Positions 10,201-21,801 of a stretch of DNA of 64,000 bases are shown here, one piece after another. Below the pieces are notes generated by a model. That model was not told where the DNA came from. It saw nothing but the letters and a program-made list of their open reading frames with translations, and searched no databases. A program made the position numbers and the translations under genes. The first letter of the stretch is position 1, and each line of letters begins with the position of its first letter. Location of the stretch: NCBI GenBank assembly GCA_905178155.1, contig CAJINV010000028.1, positions 231,235 through 295,234 of the forward strand, written 5' to 3'. Origin of the DNA: Amoebophrya sp. A120. Taxonomy: Eukaryota > Protista > Dinoflagellata.

Positions 10201-13103
10201 TTTGCCTTTTCTGCCTCAGCCTTCTCGTGTTGGCTCATTGCGGTCGCGTCTTTCACGTCCACCCTCATTGTCTCCCGGTGCTTTTGCGCAAGTTATAACC
10301 CGCTCAGGTGTTTTTACAATCTCAAACGTTACAATAGAAAGCGGGATTTGTCTTGTATCATGAGCATGACAGACTCGCCGACCGCGCCACTTTCTGCAAT
10401 ACAAATTTCGCCAGATTGTAGTGCGGTTTGGGACTCCGGAACTTGTCATGCGCAGTCCTATGAAATTGGCTAGATCATGCATTCCTTGCATCACAGATTT
10501 CCAGATTCTATTGTAACGCTTGAGATTGTAACTCTTGAGCAGGTCATACGAGTTCCAGGTCTTTTTTCAACGCTTTCTCATTTTTGGCTCTCTTTGTCAT
10601 CTATCAATTGCAAATATGTCTGGGTTTGGAAACTTGTGATGCGAAAATGTGGATGATGGAAACGATTCCGATCGCAGCCCAGCATGAGAACTTTCCAGAA
10701 CGCTTTCTCGTAGGAAGGCCGCATGAGAAACTGCGTTCTCGCATGACAAAAGAGGCTGGGACTTATTTTTTTGTTGGTTATGCAATACAGATTTCCTGGG
10801 AATGAAAAGCTAGCATTACAAGTTCCAATTTTCCAGACCCAGACATATTTGCAATGCATATGAGCTCCTGTAAATCGATCTCCCTGGACTTCTTCAAGGT
10901 TGCTACCTCTTCTTCCGCTGCCTCTTTTGCCGCTTTCTCTGTTTCTGCCTTCTCCTATCCTATGTAAAAAAGGGGCCTACAGCATCCCATACTTGTCATG
11001 CAGATTTCGATTTTGTATCTACACCTACAGAAAGATCTGTTAATATGCGCATCCGCATGCGCATCCGCATGTGGTCGTCGTTTATTTCTGGGAAGATTTG
11101 TATGTGGACAGGATACGTAAGCAAGCGTCTTTGTGATCATGCGGCTGTCCTTGCTAAAAAAAAAGCTCCACTACAGATGGAGGCTTGTCAGGCACAACTA
11201 CTGCCAAAACTTGGAGATTTGTTTTACAGATTTACCGATTTGAGTATGGGATCCAGACGTTTTTCCATATGATATCTTCTCCAATTTCTGGTGCTTTTTC
11301 CTGTCCTTGGCTATCTTCTCGTTCTGCAAGAGACTCACCGCCACAATGTCCTCTATTGGGATCTCAAGCGTTACATTCTCAACTGTGACACGAATATGAA
11401 TTTGTGATGCAGGAGCAACAACAGTGAAAAGCCGTGGCAATATAGCTTTCTCTTGCAATTCTCGCATCACGAAATTGGCACAGGTTTCGATGCTGCTTCG
11501 TCCTTCGAAAATTTGTCATGCGGGGTTATAACTTGATCGAGTGGAGGCGCGTGGCCGTGGCGGCTCGGGCTTTTGCATTTTCTCATGGTGCTGTTGCATG
11601 ACAAAACATGTAAAAACCGTTGAGAATGTCTATCGTTTGAGAGCAGTCCCATAGCCTCCATCATGTTCTTGTGGATTTCCGTCAAGAACAAAAATGCCTG
11701 CTGTCTCCGCGGAAGGTTTTTCAATCGTGGGTTGTCTTCGCCTTCGGTATGAACTCCAAAAGTATCGTACTAGTAGTAATTGCAATACAAATTAGCTCAG
11801 CATGACAAATTGAATTTGTCATGCTGTTTTGCCTTGGGATAGAGACTTGTAATGCATGACTGCGATTACTACGGGTACGATACTTTTGCACAGGATATCC
11901 GGGGGGCGGCGACGGGGACCCATCATCTTCTTGTTCCGATTCGTCCAGCTTCTATCAAGGTGCACATCAACTTTCCCTCGTTCATGATCTCCGGTTCTTT
12001 GTAATGCAAAATGACACTAAAAAATATAGTGAACTACGTACTCCATCGATTGCTTCTACTTGCCACTTCTACTATAATCCATGACAGGTTCATCATCCCC
12101 CCGAGGAAGCCAGCTAGGAACTACAGTAGTACAAATATATTCATTCTTGGTTCAACCAAGAATGAATATATTTATTGCCATGCAAAGGCTCCTCCTGTAT
12201 CATTTTGTTTGCTAGCACTCGTGGGTGCTGCTGTGCTCGATGCAATTATCCATGAGATCACCAGGAGGGGGAGTGGTTGTGCACTCTGATAGTACCTGAT
12301 CCGGCGCCGAGAACATGAACTTGTATCGAAAGGAAAAATCCCCCCTCCCCATATCGAAAACGAAATTTGTGATGCTGTATTTGAGGTCACAAATCGACTC
12401 GTCATGCTAGAAGGCCAAGAGCCGCAGTCGTGGCCTCGTTTGCAGGCAATTTGTCATGCTGTTTCCCACTCTCAGCTGCCTCCTATCATGCTGAAGATGC
12501 AAGGCTTCCCCACGCCACCTAGCACTACAGTCCGCATCTTTTCCTGTGTAGCATGACAAAGCTGATTTGTGACAACAAATCTGCATCACAGATTTCCGTT
12601 TTGATATGGGGAGGGGGGATTTTTCCTTTTGATAACTTGTGCCGGAGTGTTATTGGAAGATTAGGTCCTGGTCCGAGAAAACCGTTTTGCGACGTGTCAA
12701 ATGCAAATATGCCTGTCGTGTCTGGAAGAATGCTGCATGGATTTTTTGTCATGCACGCAGAAGCATCACAGGAGACACAGATTTTGCGAGATAAAATAAA
12801 AATAAAATCCTTCTTGATGCTATATAATCCTGATCCCGCATGTTGAGAATATTACCGCCGCCTCTACTTCTTGGATAGGAACAAGAAGGTCGGGGCATCG
12901 GCTTTTCATCCCATCCGGATAAAACTTACAACAAAAGTTTTTTTTGTGAAGGAGGCTGAAGTAGCATGACCCCAAGCTGCATGCATCCTTCCAGACCCAA
13001 AGTAGATGTTTTGCAATGCATACCCCAAGGCGGTCCGCACCTTGTTCAGGGCGTCGGCGAGGCCCATATCGTTGTCAACGCTGCCTCCACCTGATCCCGG
13101 CAT
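7298..13103 (-). CDS. Hypothetical coiled-coil/low-complexity protein gene with 9 introners and several GT-AG introns (ends approximate)
   Basis: Joined frame MPGSGGGSVDND...ALGQNGFLGPGPNLPITLRHKFMFSAPDQ..DESEQEDD...RQQAFLFLTEIHKNMMEAIVAVSLLQNEK...LEKKAETEK...ELAQKHRETM runs into the 378-aa ORF 9132-10268; repeated DTQVVPPP/SGTTG..SSSSK exons at 7300-8440. Confidence 0.8.
8442..8741. mobile_element. Introner family A
   Basis: TATCCACTGG..TGTCTGGGTCTAGAA...TTCCAGACCCAGACATATTTACAATACATA; flanks diverged, +5 removal in frame. Confidence 0.8.
10294..10548. mobile_element. Introner family I
   Basis: Long TIR TTACAATCTCAAACGTTACAATAGAA / TTCTATTGTAACGCTTGAGATTGTAA; TSD caagt/cgagt. Confidence 0.85.
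10602..10860. mobile_element. Introner family A
   Basis: Family A TIRs; TSD tcatc/tgagc; frame restored. Confidence 0.9.
10956..11274. mobile_element. Introner family B-like (degenerate)
   Basis: TATCCTATGTAAAAAAG...CGTTTTTCCATATGATA; TSD tctcc/tcttc. Confidence 0.75.
11354..11653. mobile_element. Introner family J
   Basis: Subterminal CATTCTCAAC / GTTGAGAATG; TSD tcctc/gcctc; related to 18157-18762. Confidence 0.8.
11748..11897. mobile_element. Introner family D
   Basis: TATGAACTCCAAAAGTATCGTA...TACGATACTTTTGCACAGGATA; TSD ttcgg/tccgg. Confidence 0.9.
11953..12291. mobile_element. Introner family G (degenerate)
   Basis: TATCAAGGTGCACA...TTGTGCACTCTGATA; flanks gcttc/gtacc; frame restored. 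Confidence 0.8.
12324..12634. mobile_element. Introner family C
   Basis: TATCGAAAGGAAAAATCCCCCCTCCCCATATC...GATATGGGGAGGGGGGATTTTTCCTTTTGATA; TSD acttg/acttg. Confidence 0.95.
12695..13022. mobile_element. Introner family A (degenerate)
   Basis: TGTCAAATGCAAATATG..TCTGGAAG...CTTCCAGACCC..TTTTGCAATGCATA; flanks diverged, +5 removal in frame. Confidence 0.75.
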
Positions 13104-13259
13104 GGCTGTTGTAGTATTCTTGCCGAAGCCGGAGCCGATCTCAAAGTACGAATACGATCGCGATCGACGTCGTTGTACAACACAATAAAACTTTGGTTAC
13201 AGTGGTTCTACTTTCCGGGGAAAAATGAAGTTTCCCCAGAAGAAGTGTGGAGTAGGTGG

Positions 13260-13495
13260 GGGTACCACCGCAAACCCGTTTTCCGCCTTATTTACCAGGC
13301 CACCGCAAACTACGCGTTTTCCGCTTTGGGGCCCGTGATTCGGCGGTGTGTCGTCGGTGTATCGCTTGATAGGTCGCTTGATGATGGGTCGCTTGATAAG
13401 TAGATCGCTTGATGGGTCGTTCGTAGGTCAGTCGCTGGTGGATCGATTGGTCGTCGGTCGCTGGGGAGGGGGGTCGCTAATCAGTGGGTCGGTCA
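13260..13495 (+). repeat. Short degenerate tandem repeats upstream of gene
   Basis: ccaccgcaaa...cgttttccgc x2, then multiple (g)gtcgcttgat units. Confidence 0.55.
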
Positions 13496-14920
13496 GTGCG
13501 CCATAGAACAAAATCTAAATTCCTTCCCTTGTCTTTGATCGAAACCTTGGGTGGTGCAACAGCGGCAGATTCTTAAGATCATCTGTGACAATTTTCCTTT
13601 GAATACTTGGGGAGGGGAACGCATAATTAGTTTTGAGGTACAGACTGAAGTACGATATTTACAGAACAAAAACAATATGCAACATCTCCAGTAAAGTACA
13701 CTTCACCTAAAGCATAGAGTTCTGGCATTTAACACGACGTTGTTGCTTTTTCATAGGCGTTCTAGATTTGGGTCGGTAAAGATTTTTGGGTCGGTAAGAA
13801 CTACCTCAACAAACAACTAGTGCTAGTTTTCGAAGAAGTCGATACCATTATTTACTCAACATTCGCTGCCCTGGTGAAGTAGTATCACAGCAAAATATGC
13901 GGGCGCGCAACTGACTTTCGCTTTCCAACTCCACTGGTACAGTGATATTAAACCTAGAGCGCTCCTTGCATTGTGACAACATTCATGAAAACATCAAGTG
14001 AAAGTCATGTTGTGGCCACGTCAACGTCTGATGGAACGGAATCAGGAATGGCCGGCAACGGACCAGAAGCCTACTCAGGATCTGCGTCCTCGCTGTGGTG
14101 ACGCAAGTAGGTACTCAGTCTGATCTGGCCAACAAGAACTTTGGGTCAAAGCCTAAAACGTCTTCGTGGTTTTGTACACAGCTCCAAACAGATACTGTTG
14201 CTGAACTTGCAAGATCAAACTTACTTAAACAGCTGACACCCATCACAACTTCCGCCACAAATATGATTATAAACTCATCGTCGTCGAGCTAACGAGCTTG
14301 TTCAACATCTTCTGGTGCTTTCTCCGTTTGAAATATGTTAGGTGGATCTCAGCGAACGATGTGCATCGTGGTGGAAGAAATATGTAATATCAAAAGCGCA
14401 GCCTTGCTGAAAGAAATGAGAACGGGGTAGAGTCGGTTCTGTTGTCATGATCTTCCGGTCAGCAACAACACGAAGGTCTACCTCGTCGCCGAAACATATA
14501 ATTTTTTCGAACGGATCTTCGGAGAACAGCCCTCGTTGCATCAGATCAAATATGATGCAAAACTGAAAAAAAAAGATCAGGGCGCCCATGGAACTTTACG
14601 ATGAACACAGAACGATGAACAAAGAAGCAACATCAGTGTGCAAGCACGGTGCCAACGGCGGGTGTGCGCATGCGATTTTCTCCAGAGTTGTTACAGCACC
14701 ACCACTGTGAAGCCGCGATTGCGTTGTCGCTATGGGGCGTTCTTCATGCGACTATGTTGGCGCTACAGAAAAAAGTCAGTTGCAAAAGGACTAGAGTATG
14801 CGTATAGTTTTGTTCCCTGCAGTGTGTGTGTCGTGTGAAACTCAAGACGACAAAAGAACGGGCACATTTTGAGGCATGAAGATTTCTGCTTGGCGTACTA
14901 GACGGAAGTAGATGATGAAC

Positions 14921-17900
14921 TTACTTGCTGCCACCTTTCTTCTTCGTTGCTGGTTTTTTCACAATTACCACCTTCTTCACCTTGTTCGCGGGTTTTTCTT
15001 TCTCATTCCGCACCGTGACCTTCGTCTTCGACCCCGCTAGCAGCTTCATCGCAGCTGTTTTTTTCTTGTCCATCTTCATCGGCTTCTTGCCCTGCTTCTC
15101 CATCGCCATCGGCTTGTTACCCTGCTTCCGCCCTGCTGGTACCTGATCCATGATGTGATTGGGTTAGAATTTGCTATATCGTGGTGGCGCGAACACAAAC
15201 TTCCTCCCAAATCCCCAGAGCGCTGGCGCCCCTCGACGGCTGCCAGCTTTCCTTCCCTTCGTATGTTCTCAAAAGGTCACACCCTTCACAGTGGTGGCTG
15301 GAACTACGGCTCTGTATAAGTAAAAGCGTATCTGCGCTGGTTCGCAGCGTCTTGCGTAATACTAGATACAGCAGCGAGGCGTACAGCAGGGACCGCGCCG
15401 CGACGTCCGCGCCACAGAGGTGGCTGCGGGCGTCGCACTTGTCCGCCCACAGACGTGGATCGAACCGTGCTGCAACACTGCAACGAGAGGTCGCAGCGCC
15501 GGGTGCAACAGAGGCTGCAACAAGTCCCGGAGCCTCCCCAACAGAGGTCGCTAGCGGGCAGTGGTGGGCCACCACGTCGCCGGAAGAAGAGGCTGCGAGC
15601 CTGCTAGATTCTACATATTCGCGTCATAGACGTCAGGATGTGTCTTGCTAGTGTGTGAACATAAAAAAGGGTGAGCAACAAGCTGCGCATGCTTCCTAGC
15701 ATGCGCGCGTCATCTTCTCCTCCCGCTCCAGGTCGTGCATCGATATCGGTGTGGGCGTTGGCTGTGTGTCTGCTGCGCTCCCCCGGCGTCATCCATTTTT
15801 GTAGGCGAGGGCTGGCCACGGGAGAACAAAAATGGGACCACAGAGGTGGTTAGCCCGTTCCGGCCCTCACGAGATTCGCGCTGGTGCTGCGCGACCTAGT
15901 CCTATTTGTGATGCCTCGAATGCGATGTCTGGAGTGCGTTGCTTAGATTGAGAATGAACTAGGTACCTTGTGGGCGGCAGGAGCGCACTTCTTGCCCTGC
16001 TTCTTCATCACCACCGGCTTGCTACCCTGCTTCCGCCCTGTTGGTACCTGATTGAGTCATTTCATTTCGATGCGATTTGTTGTGCTGATTTCTACAAACG
16101 ATCTTTCGGCGGAACACAAATCTTCCACAAAGCCCGCTGCTGGGGTGGTCGGGACCGCCGGAGTGCCTGCAATAATTTCTGTGCTTTCTGGTGAGTCATA
16201 CCCTCCACAATGGCCAGAAAAGGTCCGGGTCTGTAGCGTTCGCAAGTTCCAGTTTTCAAAACGTGTTCTATAGCAGCGAGGCACGCAGCGAGGGCCACAC
16301 CGGGACGCCCGTGCCACAGAGGTGGCAGCGAGGCGCCCCCCCGCCCGGCCACAGAGGTGGCCCGGGCCGTGCTCCAGTGCTCCACGGAGGTGGTCACACC
16401 GGGTGCAGCAGAGGCTGCATCAAATCCAAGATCGCGTGACTTTCGTCCTGGTTGTGGGTCGGCTTGACCCGCGCTCCGATCGCCCAGGGCGGAACCTGGA
16501 CCACATCAGATGGTGGCCCCCCCATCTCGGTCCTCACGAGGTTGCGCGCCCGCATGCTGACTGCGTAACCTAGAATGTGATGACCTAAATGCGTTAACCT
16601 AGGTACCTGGCTGGCGGCAGGAGCGCCCGGCGCACGTTTCTTCATCGCCATCGGCTTGGTAACCTGCTTCTTCATCGGCGTTGTACCCTGGTGCTTCTTC
16701 ATCTTCGTCGGCTCTGAATCATCATCTACATGCACCACTTTTTTGGAAGCCTGCACCTTGGCCTCGGGTTTCTGGTTGGCGAGAGTCTTCTCGCACTGGA
16801 CGGCAGCGTCCTGCAGCTGGTCGCGCGAAAGAAGCATACCTTTCGCAGACCCCTTGTCCTCCAGAGACTCCAGGCTCTCCGTAGGAACGCCAGCGGGGGG
16901 CCACTGCAATCGCTGCTCCGAACGGCCCGACATGTTGCACGCCCGTGGCTTGACCTGCCTGCAAAAGAGAGCGAAGGTCTTGACCTCACCGCAGGTCTTC
17001 TCCCCTGCGCCACACTTGTCGTCCTTGTTCTTCACATACTTCGCAGCACAAAGCATAAACGCATTCCAGCAGTCAGCGATAGAAACGTCCGCCCTTTTGA
17101 TTTGCCTCTGTGAACCGACGCCCGGCGGCCCGTTGGGGGCGCGAAGCTGGATTTTCCTGCCAATCTGCACCTTGTTCTGCATCATGCGAACGCTTTTAGC
17201 GGTGGCAATCACGTCACCGCTGGTGTCGCACTTCAGCACGAATTCCACATCGTGCTCAGCATCTTTGCCCTCATTTGACTTCTTTTTGTTGCCCGGTAAG
17301 ATTTGTTGAGACAGCGGCGGCGCGGCCGGTCGTTTCTCGGACAGTTTTTCCTGCATTGCAGCGATCCGCTCCGTCTCCTCTCCCAAAAGCTTTCGGTGGA
17401 AATGCGGGGTATCAAATGCAAAAGTGTCTGGGTCTGGAAGATTCTGAGACATGTCACGCAAGTTTTGCATTGAATTGAATTGAAGTTGAAGTAGCGACGC
17501 CCCATGATGTCTGTGATGCATGCCCTAGCATCGGAGATTTTTTGAGGGCTTCTCGATGCCTATTCCGCATGACGAACGCCCTCTTCCCGTAGCAAAGATC
17601 ACAAGCCCGTTGCTGCTCATGCAATACAGATTTTCTTTGGAATCCAAATGCAGCATCACAAGTTGCATCCTTCCAAACCCAGACATTTTTGCATTTGATA
17701 AGGATCCCCGGAGAACAGCACCTCAGCAGTCTCCGCCGCTTTCTCGGTCATGGATGCGTCATCAATATAGTAGTAATCCCTGTTTTTAGGGTTTGCGTGA
17801 TTCAGCAGATTCACCCCTTCGGCTACCGGGCGCAGCTTCGCCATCTGCTCCGGACTTAGGCCCTCCACAAGGCTGGCATAACTATGCCGCATGCTGTTTG

Positions 17901-19439
17901 CTGTCAGGTTTTTCAGTTTCGAGCGGACCGCGTCGTCCATTTTTTCACCGAAAAGTACAAGCCCGTCTCTCGCCTTCTTCAGGGCTTTATTGAAGCCCGC
18001 CACTTTCAAATGTTGCTTAGTTTCCTTGTTGTGAAAAACGTAGCGAGCGTTGGGAACTTTAGCAAGGAGCTTTTCGATCACAGACGCAAGCAGAGCACTG
18101 CAATCGTTTCCAATTTTCTTGATGCCTCTCGCGTGGTACAACCTCTTCTCCTTTTTTATGGCGTTTTCAGCTTTTACATTCTCAACTGCTACATGAATTT
18201 GTGCTGCTAAACCTACCGAAGCCACAAACGCAATCCATACGGCACCTTTCCGCAGATGGTCAGGCCACCGGGTCGCGGAGTCAGGCGGACCGAAGCCGTC
18301 GCCATCACACTCGGGCACCTCCAACTTTTTACGCCGACTTCTTCTTACTTTCGGTTTCGCCAACAAACCAACTATATCGCCAACATGCGTTTCAGGTTCG
18401 CCAACCTGCCTTACTTCTATCTCGCCAACAGGTGCGTTTATTTGTTCGCCAAAAAATCCTACTTTTCGCCAACAAATCCAACTTTTTGCCACCAAGTCCA
18501 ACTTTTCGCCAACAGAATACGGTTAACGTTCGCCAACGATCCATACTTTGTGCCAACAATGCGTTTTCCGTTCGCCAACGATCCATACTTTGCACCAACA
18601 GGTGCGTTTAAGTTTAACGTTTGCCAACGGTCCTTACATTACGCCAACAGGTGCGCTTCGAAAATTTGTCATGCTAAGCACCTTAATCAAGTGGAGGCTG
18701 TTGGCAAGTTTGCACGAAAAATTCGTGTAACAGTTGAGAATGAAACAGTTGAGAATGCCATATTTTTGGTTGTCTTTTTGTGCTCATTTTTTCTGCGCAC
18801 TATTCGAATGAACCCATTTTGTAGGTCGAGGAACTCCGGGCTTAAGGGCAAGCGCACAACGTCTCCGAGATTGTCACCTGTCTGGAAGGCTATCATGCAG
18901 GCCAGTATCCTCTGGAAAAAAACGCGTCCAGCCTGCGGTCGACATCCTGGAATTTCACTAACAGCGCAAACGCGCGACCTTTGCGAGGCAGGAATGTTGA
19001 CTAATATCGGTCTGCAGCGTAGTGCTGACGACTTAGAGACAGAGAGCACAGCTGTATTTGCAAAAAACATAGCTCCTGTGAGTTGAGCATTACTTATTTG
19101 TATTTCGAGTTCCGAAAACGCATGGAAAACAACGAATCGGGGATCTATTGAAAATGATGTTCCTTCCTGCTACTTATTGCAAATTACCATGACCACAGCT
19201 CTAAAAACAAGTTGGCGGCCGGGTGCAGCGTTTTCACAGAGGATAGCAAGCCGCCAATGGTCCTCGGTAAACCGGTCAAGCAACTCCTGCCATTTTTCCC
19301 GCGGTATCTTCGTTCGTGGCTCAGCTCCTGGCGGACTGTCATCCTCGGCAAACTCGACGGGTCGCAACAGACTTTCCTGCTTTGGCCGCTTCATCGGCTT
19401 CGTCTCTTTCTTCACCTCGACCTGTCGTCGTGGGGGCAT
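14921..19439 (-). CDS. Tyrosine recombinase (lambda-integrase-like) domain protein with substituted catalytic Arg and His and a Lys-rich tail, ~650 aa
   Basis: After removing introners 18157-18762 and 17410-17700: IAFQTGDNLGDVVRL..DLQNGFIRIVRRKN..YVF..FNKALKKAR..LTANSMRHSYAS..LLNHANPKNRDYYYIDD matches the YR box I/box II layout; GT-AG introns ~19187-18933, 16606-16048, 15966-15143. Confidence 0.8.
17410..17700. mobile_element. Introner family A in the recombinase gene
   Basis: Near-consensus A TIRs; flanks cgggg/aggat not duplicated, but +5 removal gives SGDPHFHRK. Confidence 0.9.
18157..18762. mobile_element. Introner family J, expanded, splitting the recombinase catalytic domain
   Basis: TATGGCGTTTTCAGC...GTTGAGAATGCCATA; TSD ttttt/ttttt; removal gives KKTTKKEKRLYHARG. 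Confidence 0.9.
18350..18660 (+). repeat. Array of ~15 (T)TCGCCAAC motifs at ~20-22 bp period
   Basis: Read directly, e.g. gttcgccaacgatccatactttg x2, cgccaacaggtgcg x2. Confidence 0.85.
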
Positions 19440-20946
19440 GGTTTCTGCTACTTACGAGTCCGTCGTGCTCGTTGAGTTTGGGGATGCACAAGGTGCTTTG
19501 CGACAGAAATCTGCTCGGCTGCTGTGCAGGCGTGCCTAAATTGTGAATGCTGGTGCCACAAGTGTTCGTGCAAGACTTCGTGGTCGTGGCCGTGGTCGTC
19601 GTCGATTTTAAATATGACGCTATGTGATGAACTAGCTTCCAACTGTTAGTTTCCGCAGGACTACTTGCTTGTGAGTGTGAATTCAGTCCGCAAATTTTCG
19701 GGTATGAAGAACAGGTATGTACAGCGCCACCGTGCTGCAAGAAATATCCGCTTTTGGATCAGTAAAGTAATATGACTATAAAATGCATGAAATGCTATTA
19801 CTTCTAGGCTGCAACTATGACGTAAACTTCTACTACGGGACAAAATGCTATACGCACTATTTTTGATTTTTTTTCAGAGCAATGAATTCTTCCTACAATT
19901 GAATTATTTCCACGCAACCATGGTTGTCACCACGAAAATGGCCACCAGGCCAAACCACGAACCATGAATACCCCAAAACTAATGTCTCCCGTCGTGCTCC
20001 AGGGGACCACTCTTCATTCTCAGCAGCAATATCGAATAAGCACAAGACGCAGTACTTTATTTCCAAAACCTTCTTACAATTCCCAGCTCTTCAACATCAT
20101 CTCTTCCTTCATCGCAAAAGCATCATTCCAGCACAACGTTGTCACATCAAAACGATTCACATTTCTATAAACGATTCACATTTCTTTCACATCATCTTCT
20201 CTTCCATCGTTGCACAATCATGATTCATCTAGCACAAGATTATTTTCGTCGCACGACGACTTCCAGTCTTATCTTCACATCAACTTTCGTTCGTTGCCTT
20301 CGTTCTCGTCATCACATCATTGTCTTTGTCTCGAGCAACTTGTAGAGGCAGTGACTCTCGTCCCACCGCCGAACTTACAACAAATAGCGATGAAGATTTC
20401 ATTCGTTCTTCTTGTACATCCCGGCTTTAAGCATCATCTTGGCAGCACGGAGGAGAACACACATGAAGAAGTTGCAGCGCCAAGTGGCCACGAATACAGG
20501 CACAATTCTTGGCGCTGGTGTATTTCAATTCTACTTTTCGTTATCATCTGCACACGAAAAAGCGTTGCTTGCTACGGTTGTTCGCTATATTTAAAGTAGT
20601 AGTTCCTAAATTGCGTTCTTGCAGGTGGTTCGCTAAATATGTACTGGCAGTTTTATCTTCCTCCAGGCACTCTCACTTTCGTATATAGCACGATTACGAG
20701 CGCGTGACCCTCTTCCGTTTTTGCAATTGCAAAAAAATAGAAGAGCCTTTTACCACGAGAGGGTGACAAGGTGGGGATGGAGCTAAAGCCAGGGTGTACA
20801 AATTAGGCGCGACAGAATTTGCGATTATTGTCTACTTTGGAACTTCTTCGCACCAAAGAAGCATACGTACAAGGATATTGTCCCCGATGATAACAAACCT
20901 CTAGTCTCCCGTTCTTTCGGCTACGCGAAAAGTTCACTGGAGCCAT

Positions 20947-21801
20947 TCAACGCCCAGTTGCCCGCAGGAACTCATGCCGCGCTCGGAGGTATTCCCCGTG
21001 AGAATTCGGAGACGTGACTTGATGAATATGCATTGCAGAAGCAGATACATCGCACTGTTATGAAAATTCGCATGACATCAAATTTTCCTAGGAGGTCGAA
21101 AAGCGGACATCAGAATTTGTAAGTGCTAAACTTACATAGGAGGTTTTTGAAAACGCAGACTCGTCACTTAACACGCAGTCATGCCTACGTATACAAATTT
21201 ATACGAGTGCGATACTTGTCCATGCTTTGTCTAGGTGGATAATGCAGTCGGGTATGCAGTTCGCTCTTCCGGGCCTCGAAGCCGTCCGCCGCCTTCCGAT
21301 GGCACACGACGCACTCATCCCGCTCCACGGAGCCCCTGCCACACTTCGGACACAGGAGCTCGCCACAGCAACCCGTCGTCCAGACTTGGTAAAAATTGTT
21401 TTCACGTATCCACTGCAAATGTCATGTCTGGGTCCTCTAGAAGCGTGTGATGCTGGTTTGTGAATTAACGGTGGAACTGGATGTACGGGAACTACAACAA
21501 TACGCAGCCACGTATGGTGACAATTTTTTGAGCCCGCATGTAGTTCGCTTTCTGCACGACATGGCAAACTGCATTTTTACGCGACAGGAGGCAAGAGGCT
21601 CTTCTCTACTTTTCCTGCTCGTGCATTACAGATTTCAGAGTCAACCTCGACATGCGAGCGCACAAGCATGACAAACCTGCATTCTTCCAGAGGACCCGCC
21701 AGATATAATTTGCAATGCATAGCACGGCAGTTGGTGCAAAAATGCCGTGTGGAGGCGGGGGACCCGCATGTGGAGTCCTGTTTCATCAGCGACTTCGGCA
21801 T
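20947..21801 (-). CDS. Small RING-type zinc-finger protein with 2 introners
   Basis: Joined: HFCTNCR.NNFYQVWTTGCCGELLCPKCGRGSVERDECVVCHRK...LHQVTSPNSHGEYLRARHEFLRATGR*; CxxC..C..CxxC..CxxC spacing; start codon uncertain. Confidence 0.7.
21027..21241. mobile_element. Introner family D-like (degenerate)
   Basis: TATGCATTGCAG...TACGAGTGCGATAC...GGATA; TSD atgaa/atgca. Confidence 0.7.
21407..21721. mobile_element. Introner family A
   Basis: TATCCACTGCAAAT...ATTTGCAATGCATA; TSD tcacg/gcacg; splits the RING motif. Confidence 0.85.

Noticed and set aside
13700-14600. Pseudogene-like minus-strand fragments
   Set aside because: Short protein-like stretches with stops; no family recognised
16313-16362. 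CTCF-like site in ccacagaggtggcag
   Set aside because: Spacing differs from the consensus and CTCF is an animal protein; resemblance treated as chance
17701-18932. The tyrosine recombinase as the enzyme that mobilises the introners
   Set aside because: Fixed 5-bp TSDs of arbitrary sequence point to DDE chemistry; YRs do not normally create such TSDs, and this copy lacks the first catalytic Arg
18256-19086. 276-aa plus-strand ORF with FAN repeats
   Set aside because: Product of the TCGCCAAC array and antisense to the recombinase exon
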